Shown in pieces: positions 1 to 13,758 of a stretch of DNA of 64,000 bases. Positions within the stretch are counted from its first letter, which is position 1, and every line of letters starts with the position of its first letter. This DNA comes from an uncultured Pelagibacteraceae bacterium (GTDB lineage: Bacteria; Pseudomonadota; Alphaproteobacteria; Pelagibacterales; Pelagibacteraceae). The stretch lies in assembly GCA_902604265.1 (NCBI GenBank), contig CACKXX010000001.1, positions 2,628 through 66,627 of the forward strand, given 5' to 3'. The notes under the pieces were generated by a model. That model saw only the letters and a list, made by a program, of their open reading frames with translations, was not told the DNA's origin and searched no databases. The translations under genes and the position numbers were made by a program.

Positions 1-2
1 AT

Positions 3-443
3 CCTGGAAGATTAAATGATTTAAGACATATCATTTACAAAAGTGCTGATGCTCATTGGAGACAATCTAAAAAGAATTTGGGACTTATGCTAAAAGAAGG
101 ATTATTAAAAGAAAATATTGATGGTGAAGCAATATCTTGGGCATTTAATAGATTAAAAAAAAGAAAAGAAGAAAGAAAAATTTTAATGGTTATATCTGAT
201 GGAGCGCCGGTTGATGACTCTACACTTTCTGTCAACTCTGGAGATTTTTTAGAAAAACATCTTAAAAAAATTGTAAAATTTATTGAGAATAAAAGTGATA
301 TAGAAATTCTAGCAATCGGAATAGGACATGATGTTTCAAGATATTATAAAAAAGCAATAAAAATTGCAGATGTACAAGAACTAGGAGATGTAATGATAGA
401 ACAACTTGGAGGCTTATTTGAAAATAAAAAAAAACTCCACTAG
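3..443 (+). CDS. cobT: Cobaltochelatase CobT subunit, C-terminal VWA domain (5' truncated by window edge)
   Basis: Frame is open from base 3 ([16 protein letters not shown]...). It has the CobT C-terminal motifs [27 protein letters not shown] and AIGIGHDV. Confidence 0.9.
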   Translation, partial: PGRLNDLRHIIYKSADAHWRQSKKNLGLMLKEGLLKENIDGEAISWAFNRLKKRKEERKILMVISDGAPVDDSTLSVNSGDFLEKHLKKIVKFIENKSDIEILAIGIGHDVSRYYKKAIKIADVQELGDVMIEQLGGLFENKKKLH

Positions 444-1726
444 ATTAAATTTAAATCTTTATTTTTCCATTCTATTGACACTTCTGCCCCACCTTTTTCT
501 GATAAATTATTAAAATTTATACTTGCATAGTTTTTCTCTAAGAGAGTTTTACCAATAAAGGTTCCAAGTCCTAAACCATATTTTGAAATATTATCTTCAT
601 TTGTTGTTCTAATATAAGGTTCGCCTAATCTATGTTTATCAATTAAGTCTTTTGGAAAACCTGGGCCATCATCTCTAATTTTTATAGCAGTTAATTTATT
701 GTCACTAGTTAAAAATATTTCTATTTTTTCTCTACTAAACTTATTGGCATTTCCTATAAAATTTCTTAAACCATATATAATTTCTATAGATTTATTAATA
801 TTTATTGGATTATTATAATTATCCAAATTTATTATAATTTTTTTTTTGCTTATTTCTTGATATGATTTAACGATTTCAGTCACATAATCATTTAAGGAAA
901 GTTTAATATCTAAAAAATTATCTTCAATATTTGGATTTAATGACAATTTTTTAAGTATTTCTCTACATCTATTACTTTGGCTAACTAATAATTCTATATC
1001 TTTATTAATTTTACGATTATTTCCTAATTCTTTTTGTAGTTCTTTTGCTGTTAATAAAATTGTTGATAAAGGTGTACCAAGTGAATGAGCAGCTGCAGCG
1101 GCTTGTGCACCTAAAGAAAGAAGTTCATTTTCTTTTGCCATTAATTCTTGAATTTTGTCATAAGCTCTTTTTCTAATTCTGCTTTCTTCTCCAAACTTAA
1201 AACCAAAATATACTAAAAAAATTAGACCTATAATTATTGATAGAGGTATGGAATACAAATAATAATCAGGAACATGAAAATGTAAATCATTAGGATTAGG
1301 CAAACTATAAAAATAAAAAGTTAGAACTAATAGAATTAATATTATTATTAAAACTAGTATTATTGAACTTACAAAATGTAAGTATTGAGAAGAAAATACT
1401 GCAGGTATTAATATTAAAAATATAAATGGATTAGTTACACCTCCAGTAAAAAAAAATAAAATACCTAACTGAAATATGTCATAAATTAAATATAATGTTG
1501 AGGTGAAATTATTAAGCTGATTTTCTTTTATTTTAAATTGTAAGATTAAATTGGTTATAACGCTAAAAAATATAACTGAAATACAGATAATATAGTTAAA
1601 ATCAAATTTTAATAAAAATTGAACTATTATAATTGCAGTCAACTGACCAATATAGGCAATCCATCTTAAATTTACGTAAGTAGATTTATTTAACGAATAT
1701 AAATTTGAAGCTTTAGACAACTCCAT
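440..1726 (-). CDS. regB: RegB/PrrB/ActS-family redox sensor histidine kinase
   Basis: N-terminal TM helices with LRW, quinone-binding GGxxNPF (TGGVTNPF), H-box [12 protein letters not shown], redox Cys (RCREIL), and DDGPGF / GLGLG ATPase boxes. Confidence 0.9.
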   Translation of the reverse strand: MELSKASNLYSLNKSTYVNLRWIAYIGQLTAIIIVQFLLKFDFNYIICISVIFFSVITNLILQFKIKENQLNNFTSTLYLIYDIFQLGILFFFTGGVTNPFIFLILIPAVFSSQYLHFVSSIILVLIIILILLVLTFYFYSLPNPNDLHFHVPDYYLYSIPLSIIIGLIFLVYFGFKFGEESRIRKRAYDKIQELMAKENELLSLGAQAAAAAHSLGTPLSTILLTAKELQKELGNNRKINKDIELLVSQSNRCREILKKLSLNPNIEDNFLDIKLSLNDYVTEIVKSYQEISKKKIIINLDNYNNPININKSIEIIYGLRNFIGNANKFSREKIEIFLTSDNKLTAIKIRDDGPGFPKDLIDKHRLGEPYIRTTNEDNISKYGLGLGTFIGKTLLEKNYASINFNNLSEKGGAEVSIEWKNKDLNLI

Positions 1727-1728
1727 TA

Positions 1729-3819
<2,091 letters not shown>

Positions 3820-3966
3820 TCATTTTTAAAAAATTAATAAAATCGATCAAAACAGGTTACTTAAATTTGCATTGTAAATTAATCATTGTATGTCGAAAAA
3901 TAATTCATTTTTCTATTTTTTATTTTTTGATTAAAAATAAGCTTTTTTGGTCATCAAAAATGAATC

Positions 3967-4056
3967 TGGCGGAGAGAGTGGGATTCGAACCCACGGTACC
4001 TTTGACAGTACACACACTTTCCAAGCGTGCGCCTTAAACCACTCGGCCATCTCTCC
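3967..4056 (-). tRNA. tRNA-Ser(GGA)
   Basis: Reverse complement GGAGAGA...CACGC-TTGGAAA-GTGTG, long variable arm, GTTCGAATCC T-arm, encoded CCA end; 90 nt. Confidence 0.97.
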
Positions 4057-4163
4057 TTTTAAATAATATTTATATCTAAATAATATGATATTTTATAAAT
4101 AAATGTTATTTAAATAAATTAATAAAAATTTATATCTATTTAAAAAATATATAATTAATTAAA

Positions 4164-5600
4164 ATGATACTTAGAGAAAAAAATACGATTATTATTTTAA
4201 CAATTTTTTTTTTAGGTATTTTTTTTCGACTTTATAATCTAAATTTTGAAGATCTTTGGCATGACGAAATATTAAGTTTTTGGATTGCCGATCCATCAAT
4301 AAGTTTTATTGAAACATTAAATAGACACAATGAATTAGAACAAGTTCCAATATTATTTAATTTAATTTTAAAATATTTTTATAAAACATTTGGATACAAT
4401 ATTTATCTTGGCAGATATCTATCGTGTTTTTTTGGAATTATTTCGATGATTTTTTGTTATCTCTTATATTTACAATCTAAAAATAATAATGGTTCAATTT
4501 TTTTTATAACTTTAATTGCTTTTAATATATTTCTTATAAAATATTCTCAAGAATTAAGAGTTTATTCTTTAATGACTTTGTTAGTCATTTTATCTTTATA
4601 TTTTTTATTCAAAATATTTAATAAAAAACAAGATAAATTAAACTATTATCTTTTTATATTATTTCTTTTCTTGGCGATACTTTCTCATCCATTTTCTATA
4701 ATTATTTTAATATCTGCTATATGTTTATCTTTAATACAAATAATATTTTTTAAAGAAAATTTAATAAAATTAAATATATCATTATTTTTAATTTTTGCTT
4801 TAAGTGTAATTTATTATGTTACATACTTCTTGAATCTAAATGAATTAACCCCTTGGATAACTCAAGTAGATATTAAATTTTTTACAAATTTATTTTTTTC
4901 TAAATTTTTTGGATCGAGAATACTTGGTTTATTACACCTTATTACTTTAATTTTTTTTATTTTTAGATTTAGAAAAAGTTTTATTACTTCAGATAAATTT
5001 TTAGTATTAGTTTTTGTTATTTTTTTTTCTTATTCTCTTCCATTAATTTTTAGCTTAATATTTAAGCCATTACTAATTGAAAGATATGTAATGTATTTAA
5101 TCGTGCCAGTTTTATTAATAATTTCTAATTCAATTTATAATTTAGAAAAAATCTATTTAAGAAATTCTTTGATTGCTATATTTATTTTTTTAACTTTTGC
5201 TAATTTTATAACTGAAGATACTTTTAAACAAATATTTAAAAAAATTGATAAGCAAAAACCTGATTTTTATTCAACATTAAATAAAATTGAAAATTCTAAT
5301 AATAAATATTTTATAATTAAAAAAATACTTCCAAAAAATAAAGAAAAAATAAAATTCAATTCTTATATAGATCTAGCTTTAAATAAGTATGTTGAAAAAT
5401 ATATTGCTAATAATAATCTCAAACTAAATTTGTTATCCCAGGATAAAATAGATTTTTCAAATATAAATGAATTTTGGATAATCTGTTATAAGGATGTAGA
5501 TACATCACAATGCGAGGTACCCTTTGAAAAAGATAAATACTTGGTAAAAGATAATATTGATTTTATTAGAATTAATCTTAAAAAAATTTACTTAAGATAA
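4164..5600 (+). CDS. Polytopic membrane glycosyltransferase, GT-C fold (GT39/ArnT/PMT-like)
   Basis: First-loop motif LWHDE after TM1, many TM segments, YSQELRVYSL and ERY motifs typical of this family. Confidence 0.7.
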   Translation: MILREKNTIIILTIFFLGIFFRLYNLNFEDLWHDEILSFWIADPSISFIETLNRHNELEQVPILFNLILKYFYKTFGYNIYLGRYLSCFFGIISMIFCYLLYLQSKNNNGSIFFITLIAFNIFLIKYSQELRVYSLMTLLVILSLYFLFKIFNKKQDKLNYYLFILFLFLAILSHPFSIIILISAICLSLIQIIFFKENLIKLNISLFLIFALSVIYYVTYFLNLNELTPWITQVDIKFFTNLFFSKFFGSRILGLLHLITLIFFIFRFRKSFITSDKFLVLVFVIFFSYSLPLIFSLIFKPLLIERYVMYLIVPVLLIISNSIYNLEKIYLRNSLIAIFIFLTFANFITEDTFKQIFKKIDKQKPDFYSTLNKIENSNNKYFIIKKILPKNKEKIKFNSYIDLALNKYVEKYIANNNLKLNLLSQDKIDFSNINEFWIICYKDVDTSQCEVPFEKDKYLVKDNIDFIRINLKKIYLR

Positions 5601-6413
5601 AATAAATTTTTTTAATTTTTTCTGATTTTTTAAAATAAAATCTGGAAAAGTATCGTCTATTTGAATTTTTTTTAATGTTTTTTTTCTATCGTATGGATCC
5701 AGATTGTTTTCAATTCTTTTATTAATTTCATCTATATTGGTAAATTTACTCTTATCATATTCACTATGTACATAAGATTTTATCTTAGATGCAATTAAGT
5801 TTGCATCACCTAAAAAAGAAAAATGCCAACCACCATTATTAATTTTGAAAATATTTTTAAATTTGTCAATCCTCCAAAAACCATACTTCAAATTTTTTAG
5901 TCTTACATTTTCCCTTAACCACGAAAAAGATTTTATATTTTTTTTTTTACATATTCTAGTTCCTTCCCATTGATGATAATCTAGAACATTAAGATTTAGT
6001 TTGTAATAAAATACTTTTTGATCAAAAATACCAATTTTATTATTAGTTAGATTAAGAAGATTGTTTAAGTTTTTTAAGTTTGGTATTTCATCAATGTCAG
6101 AAAATAAAATTATGTCGTCTTGGCCCGCATTTGCTATTCCATTAATTAAATAATCTCTCTGGAAATTTTGTCTATCCCAAGTTCTTTTGCAATTCTCAAA
6201 TCTTTCAACTATTAAATAAATAATTTTTTCTTTAAATTTAGTAAATTTATTTATATTAAAATTTAATTTTTTAGAATTTCCTCTATGATCTTCGCGAGCC
6301 TCACAAATTACAAAAAAGTCTACATATTTATTTAAAATATTTAATCTTAATTCTAATAATTCTTCTTCATTAAGATATGTTATGCAATCATACACTTTCA
6401 TTATTTTTTCCAC
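5592..6413 (-). CDS. Glycosyltransferase family 17-like (beta-1,4-N-acetylglucosaminyltransferase/GnT-III homolog)
   Basis: Motifs YDCITYLNE-ELLELRL, VDFFVICEA, FQRD, SDIDEIP (DxD) and GGWHFSFLG...KIKSY-H. Confidence 0.75.
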   Translation of the reverse strand: MEKIMKVYDCITYLNEEELLELRLNILNKYVDFFVICEAREDHRGNSKKLNFNINKFTKFKEKIIYLIVERFENCKRTWDRQNFQRDYLINGIANAGQDDIILFSDIDEIPNLKNLNNLLNLTNNKIGIFDQKVFYYKLNLNVLDYHQWEGTRICKKKNIKSFSWLRENVRLKNLKYGFWRIDKFKNIFKINNGGWHFSFLGDANLIASKIKSYVHSEYDKSKFTNIDEINKRIENNLDPYDRKKTLKKIQIDDTFPDFILKNQKKLKKFILS

Positions 6414-7324
6414 TTTAAAGCTGATTTAATTATACTTTCTATATTTTTTGTTGGCTTCCAATTAACTTCCTTTTGTATATCTTTATTTAAACAACAAGTA
6501 TAATCCAGCTCGCCTATCCTTTTTTCTTTTAATGAATAATTTATCTTTTTTTTTGTAATTTTTTCAAAAATACTAATTATTTTTTTTAAAGAAATCGCTT
6601 TACATGATCCAATATCAAAAATTTTATACTTTATATTTTTTTTAAGTAAAATAACTATTAGCTTAACAAAATCATCTATATGCAGGTAGTCTCTTTTCGA
6701 ATAATCAAATCCTCTTGGAGTTTTTTTACCATAAATATAAATTTTACTATTTTCAATTACTGAAGAGCAAATAGATGGCATTATTCTTCTGTATTTTGTT
6801 TTATATTCAAAAAAGTTAAATCCTTTAATAAAACCAGCAATATTAAATAGTCTTAAAATTATTAAATTATTAAATGATTTTTTTTTTATATATTTTTCTA
6901 TATATAGTTTTGTGTATCCATAATAATTAGCAGGCTTAACCAAAGATGAATTGTTGATATTAAATTTATATACATTTGAACTTGAAAAAAAAATAAATTT
7001 TTTTACATTTGCTTTTTTACAGTGATCAATAAATTTTTTAGTTTTTTTGATATTATTATTGTAATATTTTTTCTTTTTTATCTCACTTTCGCTGGGAAAA
7101 GTAAATGCTCCTGAGTGTATTACTATTTGAATTTTTTTTTTCTTAATAATAGATAAAATTTTGTTTGAAGAAAAATCGATTTTATAAAATTTTTTTTTAT
7201 TATTTATATTTTTTAAACTACCTGAGGATAAATTATCTATTGCTATATAATCAATTTTTTGTTTTTTTAACTTTTCACAAATATGTGATCCAATATATCC
7301 TGCTGCCCCAGTTACTAATATCAT
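6401..7324 (-). CDS. NAD-dependent epimerase/dehydratase (GalE-like SDR)
   Basis: GAAGYIG Rossmann motif, FSSS, YGYTK (YxxxK), LRLFN and RDYLHIDD. Confidence 0.8.
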   Translation of the reverse strand: MILVTGAAGYIGSHICEKLKKQKIDYIAIDNLSSGSLKNINNKKKFYKIDFSSNKILSIIKKKKIQIVIHSGAFTFPSESEIKKKKYYNNNIKKTKKFIDHCKKANVKKFIFFSSSNVYKFNINNSSLVKPANYYGYTKLYIEKYIKKKSFNNLIILRLFNIAGFIKGFNFFEYKTKYRRIMPSICSSVIENSKIYIYGKKTPRGFDYSKRDYLHIDDFVKLIVILLKKNIKYKIFDIGSCKAISLKKIISIFEKITKKKINYSLKEKRIGELDYTCCLNKDIQKEVNWKPTKNIESIIKSALKWKK

Positions 7325-7334
7325 AAAAATCTTT

Positions 7335-9140
7335 TTACTCTTTGTTTATTTTTAGAACTCCAATAAATGCTTCTTGGGGAATCTCAACCTTGCCGAATTG
7401 TTTCGATCTTGACTTCCCTTTTTTTTGCTTATCAAGAAGTTTTCTTTTTCTATCTCTTGCTCCCCCTCCATGAATTTTTGTTAAGACGTCTTTTTTAAAA
7501 CCTTTGATGGTTTCTCTGGCAATTATTTTGCCACCTATTGCTGCTTGAATTGGTATCATAAAATTATGTCTTGGAATTAAATCTTTAAGCTTTTCACAAA
7601 CTTCTCTTCCTATAGATTGTGCAAAGTTTTTATGAACCATCATAGAAAGTGCATCTACTTGTTCTGAGTTTACTAAAATACCAAGCTTAACTAAGTCTCC
7701 TTCTCTATGCTCTATTATCTCATAATCAAAACTTGCATATCCACTAGTCATCGATTTTATTCTATCATTAAAATCAAAAACTACTTCATTCAATGGTAGT
7801 TCATAATTTATTACAGCTCTATTGCCTGAATATGATAGATTAGTTTGTATACCTCTTTTGTCCTGGCATAACTTGATAATTGAGCCTAAATATTCGTCAG
7901 GAGTTATAATCGTTGACTTAATCCATGGTTCTTCAATAAATTTTATATGAGTTGGATCTGGTAAACTTGAAGGATTTTGTAATTCAATAACCTTTCCTGA
8001 ATTTAAATGAACTTTATAAACAACCCCTGGTGTTGTGGTTAATAAATTTATATCAAATTCTCTCTCTAATCTTTCAGTAATAATTTCTAAGTGCAGCAAA
8101 CCTAAAAAACCACATCTAAATCCTAATCCAAGTGCAGAAGATGCTTCAGCTTCATATGAAAAACTTGAATCATTTAGTTTAAGTTTTGCTAAACCATCTT
8201 TTAACTTTTGATATTCTGAACTATCAACTGGAAATAAACCACAAAAAACGACTGGTTTACTTGGTTTAAAACCAGGTAAAGCTTCTTTTATAGGTTTACT
8301 TGCATCACAAATTGTATCTCCAACTTTAGTATCAGATAAATTTTTTATTCCCGTAATTATAAATCCTATTTCTCCTGATTCTAGTTGGCTAACATCTTTT
8401 GGTTTAGGAGTAAAAGTCCCAACTTTTTCGACTATATATTCTTCATTGTTTGACATCATTTTTATTCTCATATTTTTTCTAATTATGCCATCAATTACTC
8501 TAACTAATATCACAACCCCCAAATATGAATCGTACCAACTATCAACTAGCAAACATTTTAGATCATTGTTTTTTTCTCCTTTTGGAGAAGGTAGCTTTTC
8601 AACAATTTGTTCTAAAATTTCATCAATGCCTTCTCCGGTTTTACCTGAACAAGAAACTGCATTGCTTGTATCTATTCCTATAACTTCTTCTATTTGTTTT
8701 TTTGTTTTTTCTATATCAGATGCTGGCAAATCAATTTTATTTAAAACTGGGACAATTTCATGATTAGTATCTAGCGCTTGATATACATTCGCTAGCGTCT
8801 GTGCCTCAACTCCTTGAGTGCTATCAACTATTAAAATTGATCCCTCACATGCATACAATGATCTACTAACTTCATAACTAAAATCTACATGTCCCGGGGT
8901 GTCAATTATATTCAAAATAAACTTTTTTCCATTTTTTGATGTATAGTTTAATTTTACAGTCTGAGCTTTAATTGTAATTCCTCTTTCTCTTTCTATATCC
9001 ATTGAATCTAAGACTTGATCTTTCATTTCTCTTTCTGTAAGTCCGCCACATTTATGAATGATTCTATCCGCAATAGTTGATTTACCATGATCAATATGAG
9101 CAATAATTGCAAAATTTCTAATATTATCAATTTCGCTCAT
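7335..9140 (-). CDS. lepA: Elongation factor 4
   Basis: [38 protein letters not shown] and C-terminal [12 protein letters not shown]. Confidence 0.98.
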   Translation of the reverse strand: MSEIDNIRNFAIIAHIDHGKSTIADRIIHKCGGLTEREMKDQVLDSMDIERERGITIKAQTVKLNYTSKNGKKFILNIIDTPGHVDFSYEVSRSLYACEGSILIVDSTQGVEAQTLANVYQALDTNHEIVPVLNKIDLPASDIEKTKKQIEEVIGIDTSNAVSCSGKTGEGIDEILEQIVEKLPSPKGEKNNDLKCLLVDSWYDSYLGVVILVRVIDGIIRKNMRIKMMSNNEEYIVEKVGTFTPKPKDVSQLESGEIGFIITGIKNLSDTKVGDTICDASKPIKEALPGFKPSKPVVFCGLFPVDSSEYQKLKDGLAKLKLNDSSFSYEAEASSALGLGFRCGFLGLLHLEIITERLEREFDINLLTTTPGVVYKVHLNSGKVIELQNPSSLPDPTHIKFIEEPWIKSTIITPDEYLGSIIKLCQDKRGIQTNLSYSGNRAVINYELPLNEVVFDFNDRIKSMTSGYASFDYEIIEHREGDLVKLGILVNSEQVDALSMMVHKNFAQSIGREVCEKLKDLIPRHNFMIPIQAAIGGKIIARETIKGFKKDVLTKIHGGGARDRKRKLLDKQKKGKSRSKQFGKVEIPQEAFIGVLKINKE

Positions 9141-11488
9141 TATGATCTTAGTTTTGCACTAGCTTTTTCTTCAACGTTTAAAATAATTTTTTGAGAAATT
9201 TCATTTAAATCTTTTTCGTTCAAAGTTTTAGAGTCTGATTGTATTGTAACTTTTAAAGCTATTGATTTTTTATCTGTCGGTATATTTTCTCCTTCGTAAA
9301 CATCAAAAATTTTAACATTTTTAATCAGTGACTTATTAACATTTGAAATAATTTCTACCAAGACTTGCGCTTGAAAGTCTTTTTGAACAACAAAAGCAAA
9401 ATCTCTCTCTGATTTTTGATAATCTGAAAAAGCAATCGTTGGTTTTTCTTTTTTGTTTTGTTTTTTATATTTAACGAGATTTTCTAAAAAAATCTCAAAA
9501 CCATAAATATTATCAATTATTTTTGGATGAATTTGTCCAAAATATGCTATTAAACTTTGATCATTTTTTGTTATTATCGATCCAGATCTTCCTGGGTGAT
9601 AGTAGCTTGGAGTATTTATGTCTACTTTGGTTTCTTTTCTGTCTAAACCTAGTTCAACTAAGGTTTGCACTAAGTCCTTTTTTATATCAAAAATATCTAT
9701 ATCATTTTCTTTTCGTATGCCACAAACTACAGTTATTTGTTCTCCAGGCTTCTTGCCAATGAAAGAAGGTCCAATTTCAAATAATGATTGATTTTCAAAA
9801 CCTCTATCAATATTTTTTTTTAAGAAAAAAATTAGATTTGGATAAAGTGAATTTCTTAAAACATTTAAATCAGAGCTTATTGGATTAACAATCTTTATTT
9901 CTTCTACATTTTCTCTAAAGTTATTATTAATTTTTTCATCTGTAAATGACCATGTTATTGTCTCTAAATATCCTTTTGAAGCAACAGATCTCTGAGCCAA
10001 ATGGAAGTGTCTTTGAAAAAAGTCTAAAGTGGGTTTTAATCTTTTTCTTTCAGGTTCTATAGATTGAATTTTATCAAATCCTTTTATTCTTATAATTTCT
10101 TCAACTAAATCAATTTGTCCGTATATGTCTGGTCTCCAGCTTGGTATTTCTACACTAAAATGTTTACCTTTTTTTTTAATTTTAAAACCTAATCCTTCTA
10201 AAATATTAATTATTTCATTATTTTTAAATTTTATTCCGATAGTTTTAGATGCAAGAGTTGGGTCAAATAATATTTTTTTATTTTCTATTTTTTTTATAGA
10301 TTGAATATCTGACTTTGAAACTTCTCCTCCACAAATTTCAACTATCATTTCAGAAGCTTTATCTAAACCTATTTGAATAGAATTTGGGTCGATCCCTCTT
10401 TCAAATCTAAACTTTGCATCACTATTTAATTGTAATTTTTTTGCAGTTTTTCTTGTAATTTCTGGATCAAAAAATGCTGACTCTAATAAAATATTTTTTG
10501 TGTCTAATTCAGTCCCAGATCTTATGCCTCCAATTATTCCTCCTAAACCTAAAACTCCTTCATGGTCAGAAATAACACACATTCCATCATCTAAACTATA
10601 ATCTTTATTATCTAGAGCTTTAAACTTTTCTCCTTTTTTAGAATTTCTTACAATTATTCCTTTATTTATTTTATCAACATCATAAGCATGCAGAGGTCTG
10701 TTTAAATCGAACATCACATAGTTTGTTACATCAACCACTGCTGATATAGGTCTTAAACCCAATGAAATAATTCTTTTTTTTAGCCAATCCGGACTTTCTT
10801 TGTTTTTTATATTTTTGATTAAACAGCTACCAAACAAGGTGCATGCTTGATTTTTGCTTTTTTCTATTTTTACTTTTAAAGTTTGTTTCCCATTCTTTTT
10901 TAGCTTAATATTTTTATCTTCTATTAATTTTCCAAATCCACTTGCAGAAAGATCTCTTGCTATACCTTTTATTCCTAAACAATCTGGTCTATTTGGAGTT
11001 ATAGATAGCTCAATCACATTATCTGAATTGCTTTCAAAGTAACTTTTGCCTACTTTTTTTTTATAATTTTGATTTAATTCAATAATACCTTTGCTTTCAT
11101 TCGATAAATTAAGTTCTGCTTCTGAACAAAGCATACCATAAGAAGTTTCTCCTCTTATTTTTGAAATTTCTAATTTCATGTTATTTTTTGGAATTACTGA
11201 TCCTGGTGGAGCATAAATAGTTAATAAATTATCTTTTGCATTTGGACCTCCACAAACAACTTTTACTAGTTCTTTTTTTCCAATATCAACATGGCACAAT
11301 TTCAATCGATCTGCATTTGGATGTTTTTCTGATTTAATTATTTTTGCAACAACAAAATCACTCAATTCATTTTTTACAGTTTCAACTTTTTCAACTTCTA
11401 AACCCGTATTATTTAATTTTTCGATAATTTGCGCCTCAGATTTATTTGTTTTTAAATGTTCTTTAAGCCAATCTTTTGTAAATTTCAT
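9140..11488 (-). CDS. pheT: Phenylalanyl-tRNA synthetase beta subunit
   Basis: [23 protein letters not shown] and C-terminal RDFAF anticodon-binding domain. Confidence 0.97.
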   Translation of the reverse strand: MKFTKDWLKEHLKTNKSEAQIIEKLNNTGLEVEKVETVKNELSDFVVAKIIKSEKHPNADRLKLCHVDIGKKELVKVVCGGPNAKDNLLTIYAPPGSVIPKNNMKLEISKIRGETSYGMLCSEAELNLSNESKGIIELNQNYKKKVGKSYFESNSDNVIELSITPNRPDCLGIKGIARDLSASGFGKLIEDKNIKLKKNGKQTLKVKIEKSKNQACTLFGSCLIKNIKNKESPDWLKKRIISLGLRPISAVVDVTNYVMFDLNRPLHAYDVDKINKGIIVRNSKKGEKFKALDNKDYSLDDGMCVISDHEGVLGLGGIIGGIRSGTELDTKNILLESAFFDPEITRKTAKKLQLNSDAKFRFERGIDPNSIQIGLDKASEMIVEICGGEVSKSDIQSIKKIENKKILFDPTLASKTIGIKFKNNEIINILEGLGFKIKKKGKHFSVEIPSWRPDIYGQIDLVEEIIRIKGFDKIQSIEPERKRLKPTLDFFQRHFHLAQRSVASKGYLETITWSFTDEKINNNFRENVEEIKIVNPISSDLNVLRNSLYPNLIFFLKKNIDRGFENQSLFEIGPSFIGKKPGEQITVVCGIRKENDIDIFDIKKDLVQTLVELGLDRKETKVDINTPSYYHPGRSGSIITKNDQSLIAYFGQIHPKIIDNIYGFEIFLENLVKYKKQNKKEKPTIAFSDYQKSERDFAFVVQKDFQAQVLVEIISNVNKSLIKNVKIFDVYEGENIPTDKKSIALKVTIQSDSKTLNEKDLNEISQKIILNVEEKASAKLRS

Positions 11489-12552
11489 TTACTTAAACCT
11501 CTATAATTTGTTGGAACATCTAAAGGATCAAAACCATAATAATTTAACCACCTAAAATCACATTCAAAGAATGACCTTAAATCATTAATTCCATATTTAA
11601 GCATTGCTAATCTGTCTATACCTATTCCAAATGCAAATCCTTGGTATTTTTTTGGATCAACTTTTGAATTTACTAAAACATTAGGATGAACCATTCCACA
11701 GCCAAGTATTTCTAACCATTTATCTCCTTCTCCAATTACAATTTTGTTATTTTCAATACGATAACCAATATCAACTTCGGCTGAAGGTTCTGTAAATGGA
11801 AAATGACTTGGGCGAAATCTCATTTTAATTTTATCTACTTCAAAAAATTCCTTCACAAAATAATTTAAACAACCTTTTAAGTGACCCATATTTATATTTT
11901 TATCAATATGAAGTCCTTCTAATTGGTGAAACATAGGAGTATGAGTTTGATCGCTATCACTTCTATATGTCCTTCCTGGTGCTATAATTTTAAAAGGTGG
12001 TTTACCTTTTAACATTGTTCTTACCTGAACTGGAGAAGTATGAGTTCTTAATAATGTTTTCATATTTTCATCAAGATAAAAAGTATCATGCATATCTTTT
12101 GCAGGATGATTTTCAGGTGTGTTAAGAGATGTAAAATTAAAATATTCACTTTCAACGTCTGGACCTTCTTCAACACTAAAACCAATTTCTGAAAATATAG
12201 ATGAAATTTCATCAATTACTTGTGATACTGGATGTATTTTACCAATTCTAAAATCTTTTTCTGGGAGTGTTACATCATCCTTTTCATTTTTAACTTTCTC
12301 ATCTATTTCAAAATTTGCTAACTTTAAAACTTTTTCATTAAATAATTTAGTTAGTTCTTGTTTTGCATGATTTATCTCTGAAGCTACTTTTTTTTTATCG
12401 TCTGGAGATAATGATCCAAGTTTTTTAAACTCTGAATTAATCAAACCATTTTTTCCAAAAATATTAGTTCTTATAATATCTACTTCTTGAGAATTTTTGG
12501 CTTCACTAAGCTTAAGTTTTAATTCATCTTTTAATTTTTCAAAATCCGACAT
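11485..12552 (-). CDS. pheS: Phenylalanyl-tRNA synthetase alpha subunit
   Basis: [28 protein letters not shown] and [10 protein letters not shown]. Confidence 0.98.
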   Translation of the reverse strand: MSDFEKLKDELKLKLSEAKNSQEVDIIRTNIFGKNGLINSEFKKLGSLSPDDKKKVASEINHAKQELTKLFNEKVLKLANFEIDEKVKNEKDDVTLPEKDFRIGKIHPVSQVIDEISSIFSEIGFSVEEGPDVESEYFNFTSLNTPENHPAKDMHDTFYLDENMKTLLRTHTSPVQVRTMLKGKPPFKIIAPGRTYRSDSDQTHTPMFHQLEGLHIDKNINMGHLKGCLNYFVKEFFEVDKIKMRFRPSHFPFTEPSAEVDIGYRIENNKIVIGEGDKWLEILGCGMVHPNVLVNSKVDPKKYQGFAFGIGIDRLAMLKYGINDLRSFFECDFRWLNYYGFDPLDVPTNYRGLSK

Positions 12553-12595
12553 TTTTACAGATTATTTCTAAACAGAAGAAAAACAATAGTGAAGA

Positions 12596-12952
12596 TTAGG
12601 TAATAGCTGCTTGGACTTTTTTAACTATTGTCTTAAATGCTTCAGGATTATCATATGCTATTTCAGCTAGAATCTTTCTATCAATTTTTATTCCAGATTT
12701 ATTTAACCCATTTATAAATTTTGAGTAAGTTAAACCCTCAGATCGCACTCCAGCATTAATTCTCTGTATCCATAATGACTTGAAATCTCTTTTTTTATTT
12801 CTTCTATCTCTATAAGCATATTGCATTGCCTTTTCCATAGCTTGCCTAGCAACACGAATAGTATTTTTTCTTCTTCCCCATTGACCTTTAACGGCTTTAA
12901 GAACTTTTTTGTGTTTAGCATGACTTGTTACGCCTCTTTTTACTCTTGCCAT
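12596..12952 (-). CDS. rplT: 50S ribosomal protein L20
   Basis: MARVKRGV...[21 protein letters not shown]. Confidence 0.98.
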   Translation of the reverse strand: MARVKRGVTSHAKHKKVLKAVKGQWGRRKNTIRVARQAMEKAMQYAYRDRRNKKRDFKSLWIQRINAGVRSEGLTYSKFINGLNKSGIKIDRKILAEIAYDNPEAFKTIVKKVQAAIT

Positions 12953-12953
12953 T

Positions 12954-13160
12954 CTATCCTCTTAAATTGTAGGGCATATACGATTTAACAATTTTTCCAT
13001 CCTGCTTTGACATAATTGTTGTGCCTCTTTGTTTTCTAATTTGTGAATTTGTTCTTTTAATCATACCATGTCTTTTTCCAGCTTGTGGCATTACTACTTT
13101 ACCTCTTGCTGTTATTTTAAATCTTTTCTTTGCTGAGCTTTTAGTTTTGAGTTTTGGCAT
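12954..13160 (-). CDS. rpmI: 50S ribosomal protein L35
   Basis: [17 protein letters not shown]; lies directly upstream of rplT. Confidence 0.97.
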   Translation of the reverse strand: MPKLKTKSSAKKRFKITARGKVVMPQAGKRHGMIKRTNSQIRKQRGTTIMSKQDGKIVKSYMPYNLRG

Positions 13161-13170
13161 AATGACAGGA

Positions 13171-13199
13171 CTTATACAAATATTAATATTATTTTACAA
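13171..13199 (-). promoter_or_regulatory. Putative sigma70 promoter of rpmI-rplT (TTGTAA-17-TATAAG)
   Basis: Minus strand TTGTAA (13199-13194), 17-nt spacer, TATAAG (13176-13171), then 10 nt to the rpmI ATG. Confidence 0.55.
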
Positions 13200-13212
13200 G
13201 ATCAATTATTGC

Positions 13213-13758
13213 TTATAAAGGCTGGATTACCATAATCATTTGCTTGCCATCAAATTTTGGTTGAAGTTCTACTCTTCCTATTTCCTTCATATCAAGCTTT
13301 ATTTTATCCATAAGTTCATTTCCAAGATGAGAATGTTGTAACTCTCTTCCTTTAAATTTTATTGTGAATTTTACTTTGTCTCCTTTTGATATAAATTTTT
13401 GTGCATTTTTTATTTTAAAAGTATAGTCATGAACTTCTGTTACCGGTCTTAGTTTTATTTCTTTTAGTTCAATTTTTTTTTGTTTTTTCTTTGCTTTATT
13501 TGCTTTTTTTTGAGCATCATATTTATACTTGCCCATATCCATTATTTTGCATACTGGTGGATTTGCATTTGGAGCAATTTCGATTAAATCCAAACCTTCT
13601 TCTTTAGCTTTTCTTATAGCTTCTGTTGTATTCAAAATTCCTAAATTATCTCCATCACTCGATATTACCTGAACATCTGGGGATGTGATCCTATTATTTG
13701 ATCTAGGACCTCTATCTTTAGTTCTTCTTTGAAAATAATTTTGTTTTAAATCTGCCAC
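13213..13758 (-). CDS. infC: Translation initiation factor IF-3
   Basis: GLDLIEI-PPVCKIMD-GKYKY and GDKVKFTI-FKGRE; GTG start abuts the thrS stop. Confidence 0.96.
   Translation of the reverse strand: MADLKQNYFQRRTKDRGPRSNNRITSPDVQVISSDGDNLGILNTTEAIRKAKEEGLDLIEIAPNANPPVCKIMDMGKYKYDAQKKANKAKKKQKKIELKEIKLRPVTEVHDYTFKIKNAQKFISKGDKVKFTIKFKGRELQHSHLGNELMDKIKLDMKEIGRVELQPKFDGKQMIMVIQPL

Noticed and set aside
3-443. cobT as evidence for cobalamin synthesis
   Set aside because: CobS/CobT occur widely in Alphaproteobacteria without the rest of the pathway, and no other cob genes are in the window.
3967-7324. tRNA-Ser as an integration site for the glycosylation cassette
   Set aside because: The cassette lies on the 5' side of the tRNA, and no duplicated tRNA 3' end or integrase was found.
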